Positions 30,768 through 41,825 of a stretch of DNA of 64,000 bases are shown here, in pieces. This DNA comes from Candidatus Poribacteria bacterium. Its GTDB lineage: Bacteria; Poribacteria; WGA-4E; PCPOR2b. Under the pieces are notes generated by a model. It saw only the letters and a list, made by a program, of their open reading frames with translations. It searched no databases and was not told the origin of the DNA. Numbering within the stretch: the first letter of the stretch is position 1; each line of letters opens with the position of its first letter. The stretch is from NCBI GenBank assembly GCA_965218095.1, contig OZ244587.1, positions 3,872,001 to 3,936,000 of the forward strand, in the 5' to 3' direction. The position numbers were made by a program, and so were the translations under genes.

Positions 30768-31018
30768 AGTTGTCTTCCAGTAATTATGAATGTGACGTGC
30801 TCGATCCGAACATTGACTTCCACAACAACAAAGTTGCGGACAGCCTGGTTTTGTATGCACGCAAAGCTAGCGTCAGGATCTGCCCTACGAGCGCCATACA
30901 AAACCAGAAGTGGAATAACCGTTGTGCCCTTGCTGGACTTTCCTTCACTCGCAAATGCAAGTTGTTAATGCTTCGGATTTATTCTTCCGCGAGCCCTTCA
31001 TAATCGACATTGAGATAT

Positions 31019-32494
31019 TCAGTTCAGTCCAGACGGATAGGAGCTATAGTCTACAAGAATTTCTACTTCTTCAACCGTCACGCCGCCCTCAAGCCCGGCA
31101 GGTCTACTGTCCAGAGATATTTCCAGGACGTTTTGCCCCTGGCGCGGACGTACGTCTTTCAAATCGAAATCAAGCCAATGGTTGCGCGGCGCTGTATGTG
31201 GAAAGGTATCTCGTCTCGTTTTCCGTATGCGCCGGCAGGTCTCACTGGACAGTGACTTTGCATTCAAGAGTATCGTGAACCGGTCGGCGGACACAATGTT
31301 CGTGAAATAAAGCCGCAACCCCACCTGACTGATTCGGTCGGCTGCGCCCTCAATGTCGTCCGCAATGTAGAAGGGAATTTCGTGCCGATTCGCGGGATCT
31401 GCTGACGGGAGACGCAAAGGAATGCTGTGATCATATCCCTGTTCAGTTGCTTGCTGTGCCCGCCTTGCCAGAACGTAATGCTTCTTCTTCTCTTTCACCA
31501 AGTCAGGGTCTCCCATTTCTGTCAGGATGCTGCGTTCTACATGGCCTATCGGCCAGCGCATGAACCATGTGTAGAGACCATCAACGCCGCGAGCCCAGTA
31601 GTTGGCGGTGGCGGCGCGCATAATCTCGGGCGTGGGATATTCCTTCATCGTGGCGCCTGTGTCCTCAGATCTCACATAGTGTTGGAGAAATCCGTAAACA
31701 GAAGCATCGGCTTCATGCGCCAGCGAAATGAGCCAGTCAAAAGGCATGTTCGGATCCAGGCAATTGTACATGTACATAACTGGTACAACAAAGTCGAGTA
31801 GCCCCTCTTTGAGCCATGTGCACACATCCAGTCCTTGCGCGAGGTTCATCTCCTCGGTGGGATATACCCGCGCACCAACCTCGCCGGGTTCGCCCGGTCG
31901 ATTCCGAACCATGTCTGAGACCTTGCGCACCCACTCGGTCATCACTGGCGTGTAGGCTTGCACGTCTTCAGGACGGAAATAGAAAGAGGTTCCGCCAAAG
32001 GCCGCAGTGTAGTCTAGCTCTACGCCCTCAATGGGATATTGTCTGGCAAGCTCTTCAAGCACTGCAAACTGATGGTCGCGGACCTCTGGATGCGCGAAGC
32101 CCCGTCCCCCCTCGGTGAGCTTGTGCGCCGGATTCATGCCGCCGTAACTACTCAGCCGCAAATCAGCGAAAAAGTCCATTCCCTTGTCGTGTGCTCTATC
32201 AATCAGGACCCGTAACGGATCGAGGCCCTGATTCATCAGACTCTGCATGCACTCCCACGCGCGCCAAATAATCTGGCTTGTAAAGGGACGTTGGTCGCCG
32301 CCGAACATTAAACCGGCCTTAGAGGGGTAGAAGATACCATCCCCACGCTCGACGCAATAGCTAAATGTGTCGACAGCCGTACCTGCGACTTCATCTACCG
32401 GTACCCAGGCATCTTCTAAACTCATCGGCGGCTCGAAAAGCCAGAGGTAGGTATGGCGCGCGTCGTTGTGATAGATCGTTCGTTGTCGTCTCAT
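31019..32494 (-). CDS. Putative glycoside hydrolase-like TIM-barrel protein (GHL10/DUF187-like)
   Basis: IYHNDA, AHDKGMDFF, FAHPEVRD, YPIEGVELDY and GVDGLY motifs. Confidence 0.65.
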   Translation of the reverse strand: MRRQRTIYHNDARHTYLWLFEPPMSLEDAWVPVDEVAGTAVDTFSYCVERGDGIFYPSKAGLMFGGDQRPFTSQIIWRAWECMQSLMNQGLDPLRVLIDRAHDKGMDFFADLRLSSYGGMNPAHKLTEGGRGFAHPEVRDHQFAVLEELARQYPIEGVELDYTAAFGGTSFYFRPEDVQAYTPVMTEWVRKVSDMVRNRPGEPGEVGARVYPTEEMNLAQGLDVCTWLKEGLLDFVVPVMYMYNCLDPNMPFDWLISLAHEADASVYGFLQHYVRSEDTGATMKEYPTPEIMRAATANYWARGVDGLYTWFMRWPIGHVERSILTEMGDPDLVKEKKKHYVLARRAQQATEQGYDHSIPLRLPSADPANRHEIPFYIADDIEGAADRISQVGLRLYFTNIVSADRFTILLNAKSLSSETCRRIRKTRRDTFPHTAPRNHWLDFDLKDVRPRQGQNVLEISLDSRPAGLEGGVTVEEVEILVDYSSYPSGLN

Positions 32495-32517
32495 TGCTGC
32501 GTTCCCTAATCAACAAA

Positions 32518-33192
32518 TCACTTATGCTCATAACAGTCTTGCGGATAATAGTCGAGTGCGAGGCGTCCGTGATCGAGATCGTACCGCGGCCAGTTGCTGT
32601 CGGAAACGCCAAACACGATTTCAAACTTCACGCCGGGATGCGTAATGGCTTGCTCAAACACGCGCACCGCATCGGCATGACCGAGGTGATGGGGGTGTTG
32701 GGGAAGCGGTCTATCACGGTTGAAATTGCCAATCCGAACAGCCACAAATGACATGTCGTACTGACTCGCATAAGAATACCCCAAAGCCTCGCCGAACACT
32801 TTGCTGACCGTATAGAAGCCGACAGGGCGGGGTAGCATATCAACCGTCCGCTTCATGCTTTGGGGATAAGGACCAAGCACCCCGGCGCGGCTGGCATAAG
32901 CAATCCGTTTCACGCCATTCAGACGGGCCGCTTCAAGCATGTTGTAAGTACCGATGAGGTTGCTCTGCAGGACACCCTCCCATTCATGGTCTATGCCGGT
33001 GAGATGGATGACTGCCTCCATATCCTTTGTGGCTTCGAGCATGGTGTCGAAGTCTGCCACATCACCTTCGATGGTGTCTTCGAGGTCAGGTATCGGTAGG
33101 CGGTCAAGGCCACGAATCGTATGCCGGTCCTTCATGCCTTTCACAAGTGTTGAACCAACGGCGCCGGCGGCACCGGTAATGAGGATTTTCAT
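32518..33192 (-). CDS. NAD-dependent epimerase/dehydratase (uronate dehydrogenase-like)
   Basis: TGAAGAVG, YTVSKVFGE and VRIG motifs. Confidence 0.88.
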   Translation of the reverse strand: MKILITGAAGAVGSTLVKGMKDRHTIRGLDRLPIPDLEDTIEGDVADFDTMLEATKDMEAVIHLTGIDHEWEGVLQSNLIGTYNMLEAARLNGVKRIAYASRAGVLGPYPQSMKRTVDMLPRPVGFYTVSKVFGEALGYSYASQYDMSFVAVRIGNFNRDRPLPQHPHHLGHADAVRVFEQAITHPGVKFEIVFGVSDSNWPRYDLDHGRLALDYYPQDCYEHK

Positions 33193-33257
33193 TTGTTATT
33201 CATTCCTTTCTGTGGGAAGCAGGTTTCTCCTGCCTATACTTATCCGACTTCGTCTTG

Positions 33258-34444
33258 TTACTGCCTATTGAGAGAGATCGAGCCTGTCAGATTCCCTTCA
33301 AATTTCCGCGAAATCGCTTTGGCTTGATTGGCATCATCGGCGAGGACAAGGAGGCTTTCATTTCCAAATGCTTCCTGTTGAAGCCCTTCGGAATTTTCCA
33401 AAAAACGACTTCCACTCACGCGCAACAGCGTGTTTTGGTAACTGTATCCATTTCCGCCGCCCACCTCTCCACCGACAAGCAGCTCAGCGCCATCTGCCTG
33501 CAATGCCTTCACATTCTCTGCAAGACCGTTCTGGCAACAACGTGCCGACCAGAGCAGCCGTGAACTTCTCCTTCACCATTTCGATGAATCCATCCGAGTC
33601 TTCATCTTTCAGGAGAAGCACAACGCCCGGATTGGTGCAAAACTGTCCTGTCCTCAGGAGGCATGAGGTCAGAAACTCATCGGCGATTTCCCCCGTCCTT
33701 TCTTCGAGGACGCCGGGCAGAATCGTCACGGGATTGATGCTGCTTAACTCCAGATAGATCGGCTTTCCAGCTCTATCCGCCGCTTCTTTCAGCACAAGTC
33801 CAGCCCGACGCGACCCGGTATATCTCGTTGCGCCGATCAGCGGGTGAGAGACCAGTTTGCCTACCTCGTGATCTGTTCAATAGATTAACTGAACTGTCGC
33901 GTCAGGCATGCCTGCATCTTTGGCAGCTTCAAATGCTTCTTCGGCGAAAAGACGGGGCGTCCCCGGATGCGATGAATTCCCCTTCGCAATCGCCGGGTTT
34001 CCTGCCGCAATTGCCGCCGCAAAGTCCCCACCCGCAATGCTATTGAAGGCCAAAGGGAAGTTGTTGGGACCAAACACCGCAACCCCACCGTCCAAAGCCA
34101 CGTACATCGATCGGATGTCTGTTGTGGTATCAATCGTTGGGAGTGTCTAAGATGCATCGCGACCTGCCGCTGCGGCCTGGCGTATCTGATCCGTTGTGCG
34201 CGGCAACTCGACGCCATCTAACCGTGTCTCTTTCGGATAGCTGGTTTCCGCATGCGCCATCTCAACGATTTCTTCTCGTCTCGCCTCGATCCGATCGGCA
34301 TACCGCTCGAGAAAGCTCGCTAGGGTAGACTTTCCCGGTTGGTTCCTTCGTCTGCGGATTGGTCGGGTGGAACACGCCGACGCCATCGGCGGTCCGCCAT
34401 TGTCCGGCGATTAAGACAGGTTGAATTTTATTGGTTGACGTCAC
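33258..34444 (-). pseudogene. NADP-dependent aldehyde dehydrogenase (alpha-ketoglutarate semialdehyde dehydrogenase-like), several lesions
   Basis: Fragments ELPRTTDQ, VFGPNNFPLAF, ELSSINP, GQFCTNPG and EAFG in different frames; in-frame TAG at 34147; C-terminus missing. Confidence 0.85.
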
Positions 34445-34497
34445 TTGATCTCCTTGTATCGAATTTTGTCAGATTCCAACGACAAAGGCGGAGCACG

Positions 34498-35256
34498 CTA
34501 CTCCCCTGCAAATTCTTTAATCTTCGGGACATCATCCGTCCATAGCTCGCCGATCTCATTTCGCAGCAGCCACTCGACATCACGTCGGGTACGGACGAAC
34601 CCGCCTTCGACAGCAATGCCTTTCGCTTTGAGCTGCCTGACCTTCCGAATCAGCGAGCGTGCGATACTGTTGTACAGGCAAAAGTGATTGATCCGGCTCC
34701 AGCCAATGATGATCCGATCCGCATTGATTGCCTCCGCTGTCTTGAGGAAATTCGCCATCGGATTGATGAGAATCGCACTCGTCTGAATGTCGGGTTCGAT
34801 TTGTTTGGCTTGGATCAGCAACTCCTTACGCGAATAAAAGGTCAGAATACCGACCTTATCGACGAGATCAAACTGCCGAATCCGATCCACGACAATCGGC
34901 ATGAGGGCTTGCGAGCTTTCCTTGGGTTCAATGAAGCACGGCAATCCCGTTTCCTGGACAAACGAGAGCACCTGATCGAGATGCGCGACGGGTTCATCAG
35001 AATCCAAGACTTTGAGCTTTTGAACATCAGCCCAATTCAATTCGCTTAGAGGTTCTGAACAGCCCGCTACTTCCTGAATGTTGTCCTGATTAAAGTCTGT
35101 ATGAATAATAATTGGCTCTTGATCTTTGGTCAGGCGGACATCACACTCAAAGGCGTCTGCGCCGTCGTCAAACGCTTGCTTGAAGGCGGCGATTGTATTT
35201 TCGGGGGCGCGATCCATGCCACCACGGTGGGCGAGGATTTTGATTTCGGTTTTCAT
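34498..35256 (-). CDS. Glycerophosphodiester phosphodiesterase family protein
   Basis: AHRGG..APENT, ECDVRLTKD and IEPK motifs. Confidence 0.9.
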   Translation of the reverse strand: MKTEIKILAHRGGMDRAPENTIAAFKQAFDDGADAFECDVRLTKDQEPIIIHTDFNQDNIQEVAGCSEPLSELNWADVQKLKVLDSDEPVAHLDQVLSFVQETGLPCFIEPKESSQALMPIVVDRIRQFDLVDKVGILTFYSRKELLIQAKQIEPDIQTSAILINPMANFLKTAEAINADRIIIGWSRINHFCLYNSIARSLIRKVRQLKAKGIAVEGGFVRTRRDVEWLLRNEIGELWTDDVPKIKEFAGE

Positions 35257-35317
35257 GCAGTCGTTTTGAACCTATCCGTTCACTTTTTCTTCTGTTAATT
35301 CGGAACTTGACAACACC

Positions 35318-35524
35318 TTAAGGGGTAGTACAATCGATTCTACTTCTGAACCTTATCTCAAATGCGGCTCTCCCTTCCAGGACAAGAAACACCTCATGCC
35401 CCAGGTCGTGGCTATGGAGTTGGGCTATCTGACCCGGTCCCACTCGCAAAAAGCAGGAGCGGATTTGCGGGGTGACGAGGACGTTTCGGATATCGTTTCG
35501 GTAGTCGTAAACAGTTAATACCAA
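35318..35524 (-). pseudogene. Truncated cupin
   Basis: HSHDLGHEVFLVLEG is cupin motif 1; motif 2 is absent. Confidence 0.6.
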
Positions 35525-35543
35525 ATCTGGATCAACCGGCTGC

Positions 35544-35672
35544 TAGGGCGTGTTGACATATTCGAAGGAATTCGCTTATTGTTTCACTCTGCTCGATCGG
35601 GATTGCCAAATTCCGATCGCCGTTGGATTTGACAATCCAACGGGAGCATCAATAATTTTTCAACACGCCCTA
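35544..35672. mobile_element. IS5-like MITE with a TA duplication
   Basis: TA-GGGCGTGTTGA ... TCAACACGCCC-TA perfect terminal repeat. Confidence 0.75.
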
Positions 35673-35918
35673 ATACGAAGACGGTATCCTCTATCACTGA
35701 TCCTCGGAAAAGGGTTAGTAGCCTTTAATCTGGAACTGGTATAAACTCATGGTTGTGTCCTTTCATTTGCCAGTTTGGGTACTTCTGTAGTGCTTCACGG
35801 CAGAAGTTTTTGGACAGATAAAAGACTTCGGCAGTTTTCGAAAGCTTCCGGAATCTGGGGAGCTTATGTCCAAAAATTTGTGCCGCAGACCCGTAGGAGC
35901 TTGCCCTCATCAAGTCAG

Positions 35919-38807
35919 CTACTTGATAACAGCCAAATCTTCCACGTGATCGAGGACTTGACCGGTATCGCTGTAAACAGTCAGGCGAACCCGGGGGCCA
36001 TCAACCGCGAATAGACAATAATGTTTCGAGATAGCAAAAGATTCGACCTGCCTCACCCACGGAACCGATTTATCCTGAACATAAAATGGAGCGCCACACC
36101 CACCGCTGATAATCTGCCATACCGGGAACCGGTAATCGCGATGAACCGCTGAATCAATCCGCGTTCGACTATAGTTGTGTTCATCGCCACATAAAACGGC
36201 AAGCACCTTCTTGTATTTCGCGACAATCGTCCAAAAACGGTTCCGCATATCAACCACATCTCCCAAAGGCGCGTCGGGTTCGTTGTAACCACCGAGTTCT
36301 CCTTTGCCTGATGCCCCCCAATACATTGTGTCACGGACATGTCCGCCGTTAGGGAACGCCGGCTCGTGAAAGATAAGAAAGGCCAATCGATATTGGCGTC
36401 AGCCTGCGCGGCTTGCAAATCGCGTTCGAGCCATTCCAACTGGTTTGCCCGGATATATCCCTCTCGATTGCCACCAAGGTGCTTGAGGGCAATGTTGTTG
36501 GCTTCCTTATCGAAGGCATTCCGGCTGAAGCCAGTCGCCTTTCTCTGCCCTGTATACCAATAGTTGCTGTTGAGCGTCACAAAATGGAGGTTTCCATAGT
36601 TGAAGGAATACACATTTTCGGCGTAACTTGGCCCAGTTTGGGCACCCCCTAAACCGGGACTACGGACTTCTGGCAGCGGAGCATCAAAGCCGTATACACT
36701 TCCTTGGAAATTTACAAACTCTTCGGCGAAGCAAGCTTCAGCACTCTCTTCCTCTCCTCGATCTGCGAACACCAGAAAAGACATGCCTTTCTCCAGTAGA
36801 TCAGCGACTTTGTAGAAATTTCCAACCTGTTCGTGATTGCCTATTGCCTCGTAAATCGGAATAGAAGCCGCGACCGGTTGGACGACTTGTTTCCACACCT
36901 CCAACTGGAATTCAAAATCTCTCCTATCGGAAGTATATCCATTGACCAGATCGCCGCCAAAGCAGATAAAATGGGCGCCTTTGTTATGCAACCCCATCGC
37001 AAATTGGCCAAGATCTCTGGCGTTGACACCGTTGAGTGATCGCTCGCCACCCCCCACACCGCCTCGGCTATCTGACATAAATCTAAACTTGAAGGGGTGT
37101 TGGTTGCCCGGCGCAGGGGCGGTGCGAAACGAATGTGTCTGTGTGATGCCCCCATCCGCTGAATACCGAACACGATAGGCATATTGTCTATCCGGTCTCA
37201 ATCTTGTGATGAGCACTTCATGATGCGTGGAAATCGGGGCATCGGCAATTTCCGTATCATTAACCCAAGTTGCTAGTAATTGAAAATCCATGGGTTTTCC
37301 GTTAAAGTAGAGGTAATCCAAACCATAATACCTCAAAGGAGAAACCAAAGGAGAAACCCATGGACATCCAAATTGCAACCATTTTCTATCTCTGTGACAA
37401 GCTCTTAGAAGCACTCAACTCAAAACCACACCCACAAACGCAGATGTCTGATGCCGAAGTGATGACCACCGGCATCGTCGCTGCGTTGTTCTTCGGGGCA
37501 AACTTGCAAACCACTTGTGACTTTCTAAAGACTCATGGCTATATACCCAAGATGCTTTCAAAAAGTCGATTCAACCGACGACTTCATCGAATTAAACCGA
37601 TGTTCACCACATTGTTCAAAATCTTGGGACGAAGCTATGTGCAACTTAATCAACAGAAAATCTATGCACTGGATACCATACCAATTGCTGTTTGTTCCGC
37701 ATTCGTCGGTCAAAAATCTACACCGATAAGGCATATCGAGGCTATCAAGCGTCCAAACGTCGGTATTTCTATGGCTTGAAAGTTCATCTGCTAGTGACTG
37801 CGAGTCGACACCCTGTTGAATTTTTTGTGACCCCAGCCAGTACAGGGGACGTTGAAGGGTTACAGTGGTTTGACTTCGACTTGCCACCGGGCTATGGTGA
37901 CAAAGCATACAATAATTATGAGATAGAAGATATTGTTACATCAGTCGGAGTCGAATTAAAGCCAGTACGCAAGAAGAATTCCAAGCGGCTGTATCCACCA
38001 TGGGAGACCTACTTGGCTAATTACCATCGTAAGTCTGTTGAGACGGCTGGCAGTTTGATTAACAAACTGCTTCCACGTTCAATCCATGCAGTAACGCAAC
38101 ACGGATTTGAATTGAAAGTGGTCTTGTTTGTATTGGCTAGCAGTATCAATCAGCTCTGAGTTCACTCACATATTCAGTTCACTCACATATTCGATGAATA
38201 GGTCGCAACTTGGGTTATCATTAATGAAAACCGCACCATCGCTGGCTTGATCTGTTTCCCACGAAATCACAGCGGACTGATGCGTTACCAAATCCACAAA
38301 AGGGCCTTCAGTCACTGTCACAGCGGTGGTGTAAGTGCCGGTCTTCGGTTCGCCCTCGCGTTTATAGCGAAAGTGGCGATCGTAGAAGCGCGCCGCATTG
38401 ATACAAGGGTCAAACACTTCAATGCGGTAGGCAATCACTCCACCGCCGTTTTCAATAAGCCCCGTGTCATAAAGGACTGACTCAAGCTTCGAGATGTCCA
38501 TCTCGATCTGATGTACGGTGGTGCTTGTTTCTTCCTCAAGCGATTCCTCCGCGATCTTGCGATAACGAGGAACCCTTAATTTGCCTTCTGCGAGAAAGAC
38601 ACCATAATAGACATTCGCCCCCGGCGTGGGGACCATCGTTTCAAACGTCACGATTGCATAGGCGCCATCAAAACCGGTGACAACCGGTTCTACGGACAAT
38701 AATCGGTCTTCCCCAAATTCCACTGGTTGAAATGTGAATTCTTGAGCCTGTGATGCAATCGTACAAAGGAAGACCCATCCGAATAAGACTATCAGAAACC
38801 GTTTCAT
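35919..38807 (-). pseudogene. Secreted purple-acid-phosphatase-like metallophosphoesterase, interrupted by IS982 and frameshifted near 36385
   Basis: Signal peptide MKRFLIVLF; FN3-like SAVISWETD/LRPDRQYAYRV; SDSR, GGDLV, GNHE, HEPAF and GDEHNY motifs. Confidence 0.85.
37263..38215 (+). mobile_element. IS982-family element with a frameshifted transposase (37360-38159)
   Basis: Ends ACCCAAGTTGC / GCAACTTGGGT; 8-bp target duplication TATCATTA; MSDAEVMT, SRFNRR, YFYGLKVHL and GDKAY motifs. Confidence 0.92.
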
Positions 38808-38952
38808 TTTTTCTTTCTCCCAATGAATTCTGATATTCATGTTCGGTAGTCTGAATATCACAAGCCCATCAGAACTCTTGTGATTGTACAGCATGTCTTT
38901 GACAAATCTCTAATCTACCGCAACTTTGGACGACCTCACGGATGGGGTTGAG

Positions 38953-39741
38953 CTATAATGCACCACCCGTTCGCTTGTCGTGGAGGTATTCTGCGACCTT
39001 TATCAGCGGCGCGGTCCAGATTCGATCGCGAGCGGCATCCAGGTAGGCAAGCAACTCCTGAAAATCTGTCTGCGCAACAGGCAGGTGGCCCTCTCCGATG
39101 CCGTGAAAGGTGAAGATGCTCCACCCGCCCCCGATCTTATCGGGATTCAAAGCAACTTGCATCGCTGTTCGTTCGACCAGTCCAATCAACTCTGCGGCAC
39201 TCCGTCGTTCACACTTCCATGAGTTCAAGCAGTGCAGATCTGTGTGATAGGGCGAATTAATCGAGTTGGACATTTCACCGCCAGCCCTCGCTGTGAAGAA
39301 AAGCTTTGCCACGATCGGGACGTAGCTCTGTCGATTTAGCCCCCTGCCGACGAATGTGTTATAGCAGGGATAGCAGAAACTCCAACGCTCCACCTCTGGA
39401 AACACAGACTTGAAGCGCCCATCCGCCTCGCGCAATTCGACTTCAACCTCATCAAGCGTCCGATACTCAAGCCCGTGCTGATCAGGATTCATCACGCCCG
39501 CACAACTACACCAGTGATTGATCGAGTGGTTGCCGATCTCGTGACCAGATTCAAAAGGGGGGCGAAAACGCTTTAACGCCTTTTGTCCCTCATCTTTGCC
39601 CCTTGCCTTGATATAGAATGTTCCCCGTAAGTCATACTTCTCCAACAACGGTATGGCTATATCGAGATGCGACCCCATCCCGTCATCAAATGTTAGACTA
39701 ATCGCTGCCTTTGTATCTCCAGTCCACAGGAATTGCTGCAT
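38953..39741 (-). CDS. Polysaccharide deacetylase family protein
   Basis: SLTFDDG, GHEIGNHSINH, FCYP and FTFHG motifs. Confidence 0.9.
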   Translation of the reverse strand: MQQFLWTGDTKAAISLTFDDGMGSHLDIAIPLLEKYDLRGTFYIKARGKDEGQKALKRFRPPFESGHEIGNHSINHWCSCAGVMNPDQHGLEYRTLDEVEVELREADGRFKSVFPEVERWSFCYPCYNTFVGRGLNRQSYVPIVAKLFFTARAGGEMSNSINSPYHTDLHCLNSWKCERRSAAELIGLVERTAMQVALNPDKIGGGWSIFTFHGIGEGHLPVAQTDFQELLAYLDAARDRIWTAPLIKVAEYLHDKRTGGAL

Positions 39742-39817
39742 GGCTGTCTCTCATAATGTGTATTGCGTAAAGCGTAAAACATAGTGCGAAATTCTTTACG
39801 TTTTTAGGTTTCAGGTT

Positions 39818-40549
39818 TCACACTTCACGTTTCTTATGCCATATCTTCTCGAAGTTGTCTTTTGGAGCAAAACCGAGAATCCGCTTCGTTTTCTCGTTAG
39901 AGAATTGCTGATGGGGGAGATCGGTGAAGATATTGAATACTTCACACCGTGATGGGAGTTTGGCGAGGTCGATCTCTAATCCGGGCCGAAACGCCTCCGC
40001 CGCATCTCGCCAGGACACTGAGAACGGGTTGAGATCTATCCCCTCGCTTGCATCATCGTGATCGCGGAAGTTGAGAAAAAGATAGCAGAGGACATAAATA
40101 TCGTAGTTCTCTGTGAAGACTTTACAAATCTCCTGCCCAAGCCCTTTTGTGAGTGAATACAAACCCGTCCCTGGGTGACATGGCATATCCGGATTCATCT
40201 CATAATCATAGTCCGTGTAAGAACTTCCAGCAATGGTAAAATGTGGACCTGTGTTGATCACCCTTCGGATGCCGTGTGCAACCGCCGCTCGCATCATGTT
40301 GTAGCAGCCGCGTGTGCTCACGTCGAAGGCGAGGCGCGGATCATGGCGTAAAACGGAACAGTTGATGATAGTATCCATGCCTTCCACAGCCTTCATGACC
40401 TCATCCAGAGATGAGACATCAACACGCATCGCTTCATGTTTTGTTTCAATCAACTTGATGTCCGTGGTTCGCAGTTGGTAGTACGGCTCCAACGCTTTCA
40501 CGACATGGGGACCCAGATAACCGTGTCCGCCCAAGATCAATACCTTCAT
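39818..40549 (-). CDS. NAD-dependent epimerase/dehydratase
   Basis: LGGHGYLG and YSLTKG motifs. Confidence 0.85.
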   Translation of the reverse strand: MKVLILGGHGYLGPHVVKALEPYYQLRTTDIKLIETKHEAMRVDVSSLDEVMKAVEGMDTIINCSVLRHDPRLAFDVSTRGCYNMMRAAVAHGIRRVINTGPHFTIAGSSYTDYDYEMNPDMPCHPGTGLYSLTKGLGQEICKVFTENYDIYVLCYLFLNFRDHDDASEGIDLNPFSVSWRDAAEAFRPGLEIDLAKLPSRCEVFNIFTDLPHQQFSNEKTKRILGFAPKDNFEKIWHKKREV

Positions 40550-40552
40550 CAC

Positions 40553-41260
40553 TCACCTTTCAACAGAAAATTGTGGATTGAATTTCAGGGATTCTTTCGC
40601 GCTGCTGATTGAAAAGCGGGAATTCGGGAATTCTGACTGAATATGGAAGATTGCCCATCTTGCAGGAGGAGCCTTGAGCGCACACTCAAAAGCGTGAACC
40701 GCATCTCCTATTTCAAGCCACGTTGCGTCAAACGGCTGGTTTTCAGCCTCAGCCTCCATGATCTGTGTGCCCAATCTGAGGCAAATGATATTGATATGCC
40801 CCTCACGCGCGAATTCCCGACAGACAAACTCACCGAGATGCCTCGAAAGAATAGAAGCATCCGTCGTGGGACGTGGACGCCACCTTTCGTTGACAGTCCA
40901 ATCTTCGTTATACACCTCCAGGAGGCGAAGGGTGCTTGCATAGATTGCACGGGGAACCTTCTCAGCGGCGGCTGCCCAAAGCAAGTTGTAGGTACAGCGC
41001 GTCAGGAAGTCGATCTCCAAATTCTCTGGATGCGTTGATTCTGCGAGAAGAGAGAAAGGCAACTGAGCCAGATAGATGATGGCATCCATTCCCCTTACCA
41101 ACTCGTTTGTGCCCTCTCCGTGATCGAGATCGCTGCGCACAAACTCAAAATCTGTTTCGACATCGATCAGGTCCGTTAAGCAAATCTGATGCTCGCCGGA
41201 TAATGCGTCGGCTAACCTTTGCGCCAGATCGGATGCGGCTGAAGTGATCAGAATATTCAT
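40553..41260 (-). CDS. Epimerase/dehydratase-like protein with degenerate NAD-binding and YxxxK motifs
   Basis: ILITSAASDLA and CLRLG; tandem paralogue of the adjacent gene. Confidence 0.75.
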   Translation of the reverse strand: MNILITSAASDLAQRLADALSGEHQICLTDLIDVETDFEFVRSDLDHGEGTNELVRGMDAIIYLAQLPFSLLAESTHPENLEIDFLTRCTYNLLWAAAAEKVPRAIYASTLRLLEVYNEDWTVNERWRPRPTTDASILSRHLGEFVCREFAREGHINIICLRLGTQIMEAEAENQPFDATWLEIGDAVHAFECALKAPPARWAIFHIQSEFPNSRFSISSAKESLKFNPQFSVER

Positions 41261-41385
41261 CTTGAAATCTCCAACGGGAATTGATGGTGATAAAAGCGGC
41301 TTCAATATATCACAAGATTAAATTCGGGCGCAAGAAAAATCTCATAGCGAATCAACGAATTGTCTTACGCATTACGTTTCACGTT

Positions 41386-41736
41386 TCATACGGTCGCCTC
41401 GACTGTAAATCCGCCGACTAACGAATAGTTCGCAGCATAATGATGCAGCTTGGCATTGATTTCCAATATTTCGTCTGGTGTGTGATGGACGCCCGCTCTC
41501 GACCAGATGGCGTTATTGGCTTCGACGCTTTCCCAGAGCGTTATCCAAGCATAATTGTGTTCAGATTGCGCAAGGCCGACCAGCTTTCCTTTGTATCCCT
41601 TGAGGAGCTCAACCCGTAGACACCCAGGCAGGGTACGAAGTGTGGGCAGAAATTCACGCGACATGAACTCTTCAAACAGCTCGTGTTCAACATCAGGTTT
41701 TAACTCAATGGTGTGAATCGCACGAAAACGTGGCAT
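41386..41736 (-). CDS. Dimeric alpha+beta barrel-like hypothetical protein
   Basis: IELKPDVEHELFEEFM..LPGC..YAWITLWESVEA pattern; RBS AAGGAG. Confidence 0.6.
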   Translation of the reverse strand: MPRFRAIHTIELKPDVEHELFEEFMSREFLPTLRTLPGCLRVELLKGYKGKLVGLAQSEHNYAWITLWESVEANNAIWSRAGVHHTPDEILEINAKLHHYAANYSLVGGFTVEATV

Positions 41737-41825
41737 GTGTCACTCCTTATGCAAAAATAAAAATGGGAAAGCAAGATATACTCTGCTTTCCCACAGATTT
41801 GACTTTTATCACAAATCAGGTCTCA

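Noticed and set aside
36053-37414. 453-aa ORF as an intact gene
   Set aside because: Its N-terminus is read from the IS982 end and its C-terminus is out of frame; it is the middle of an interrupted phosphoesterase
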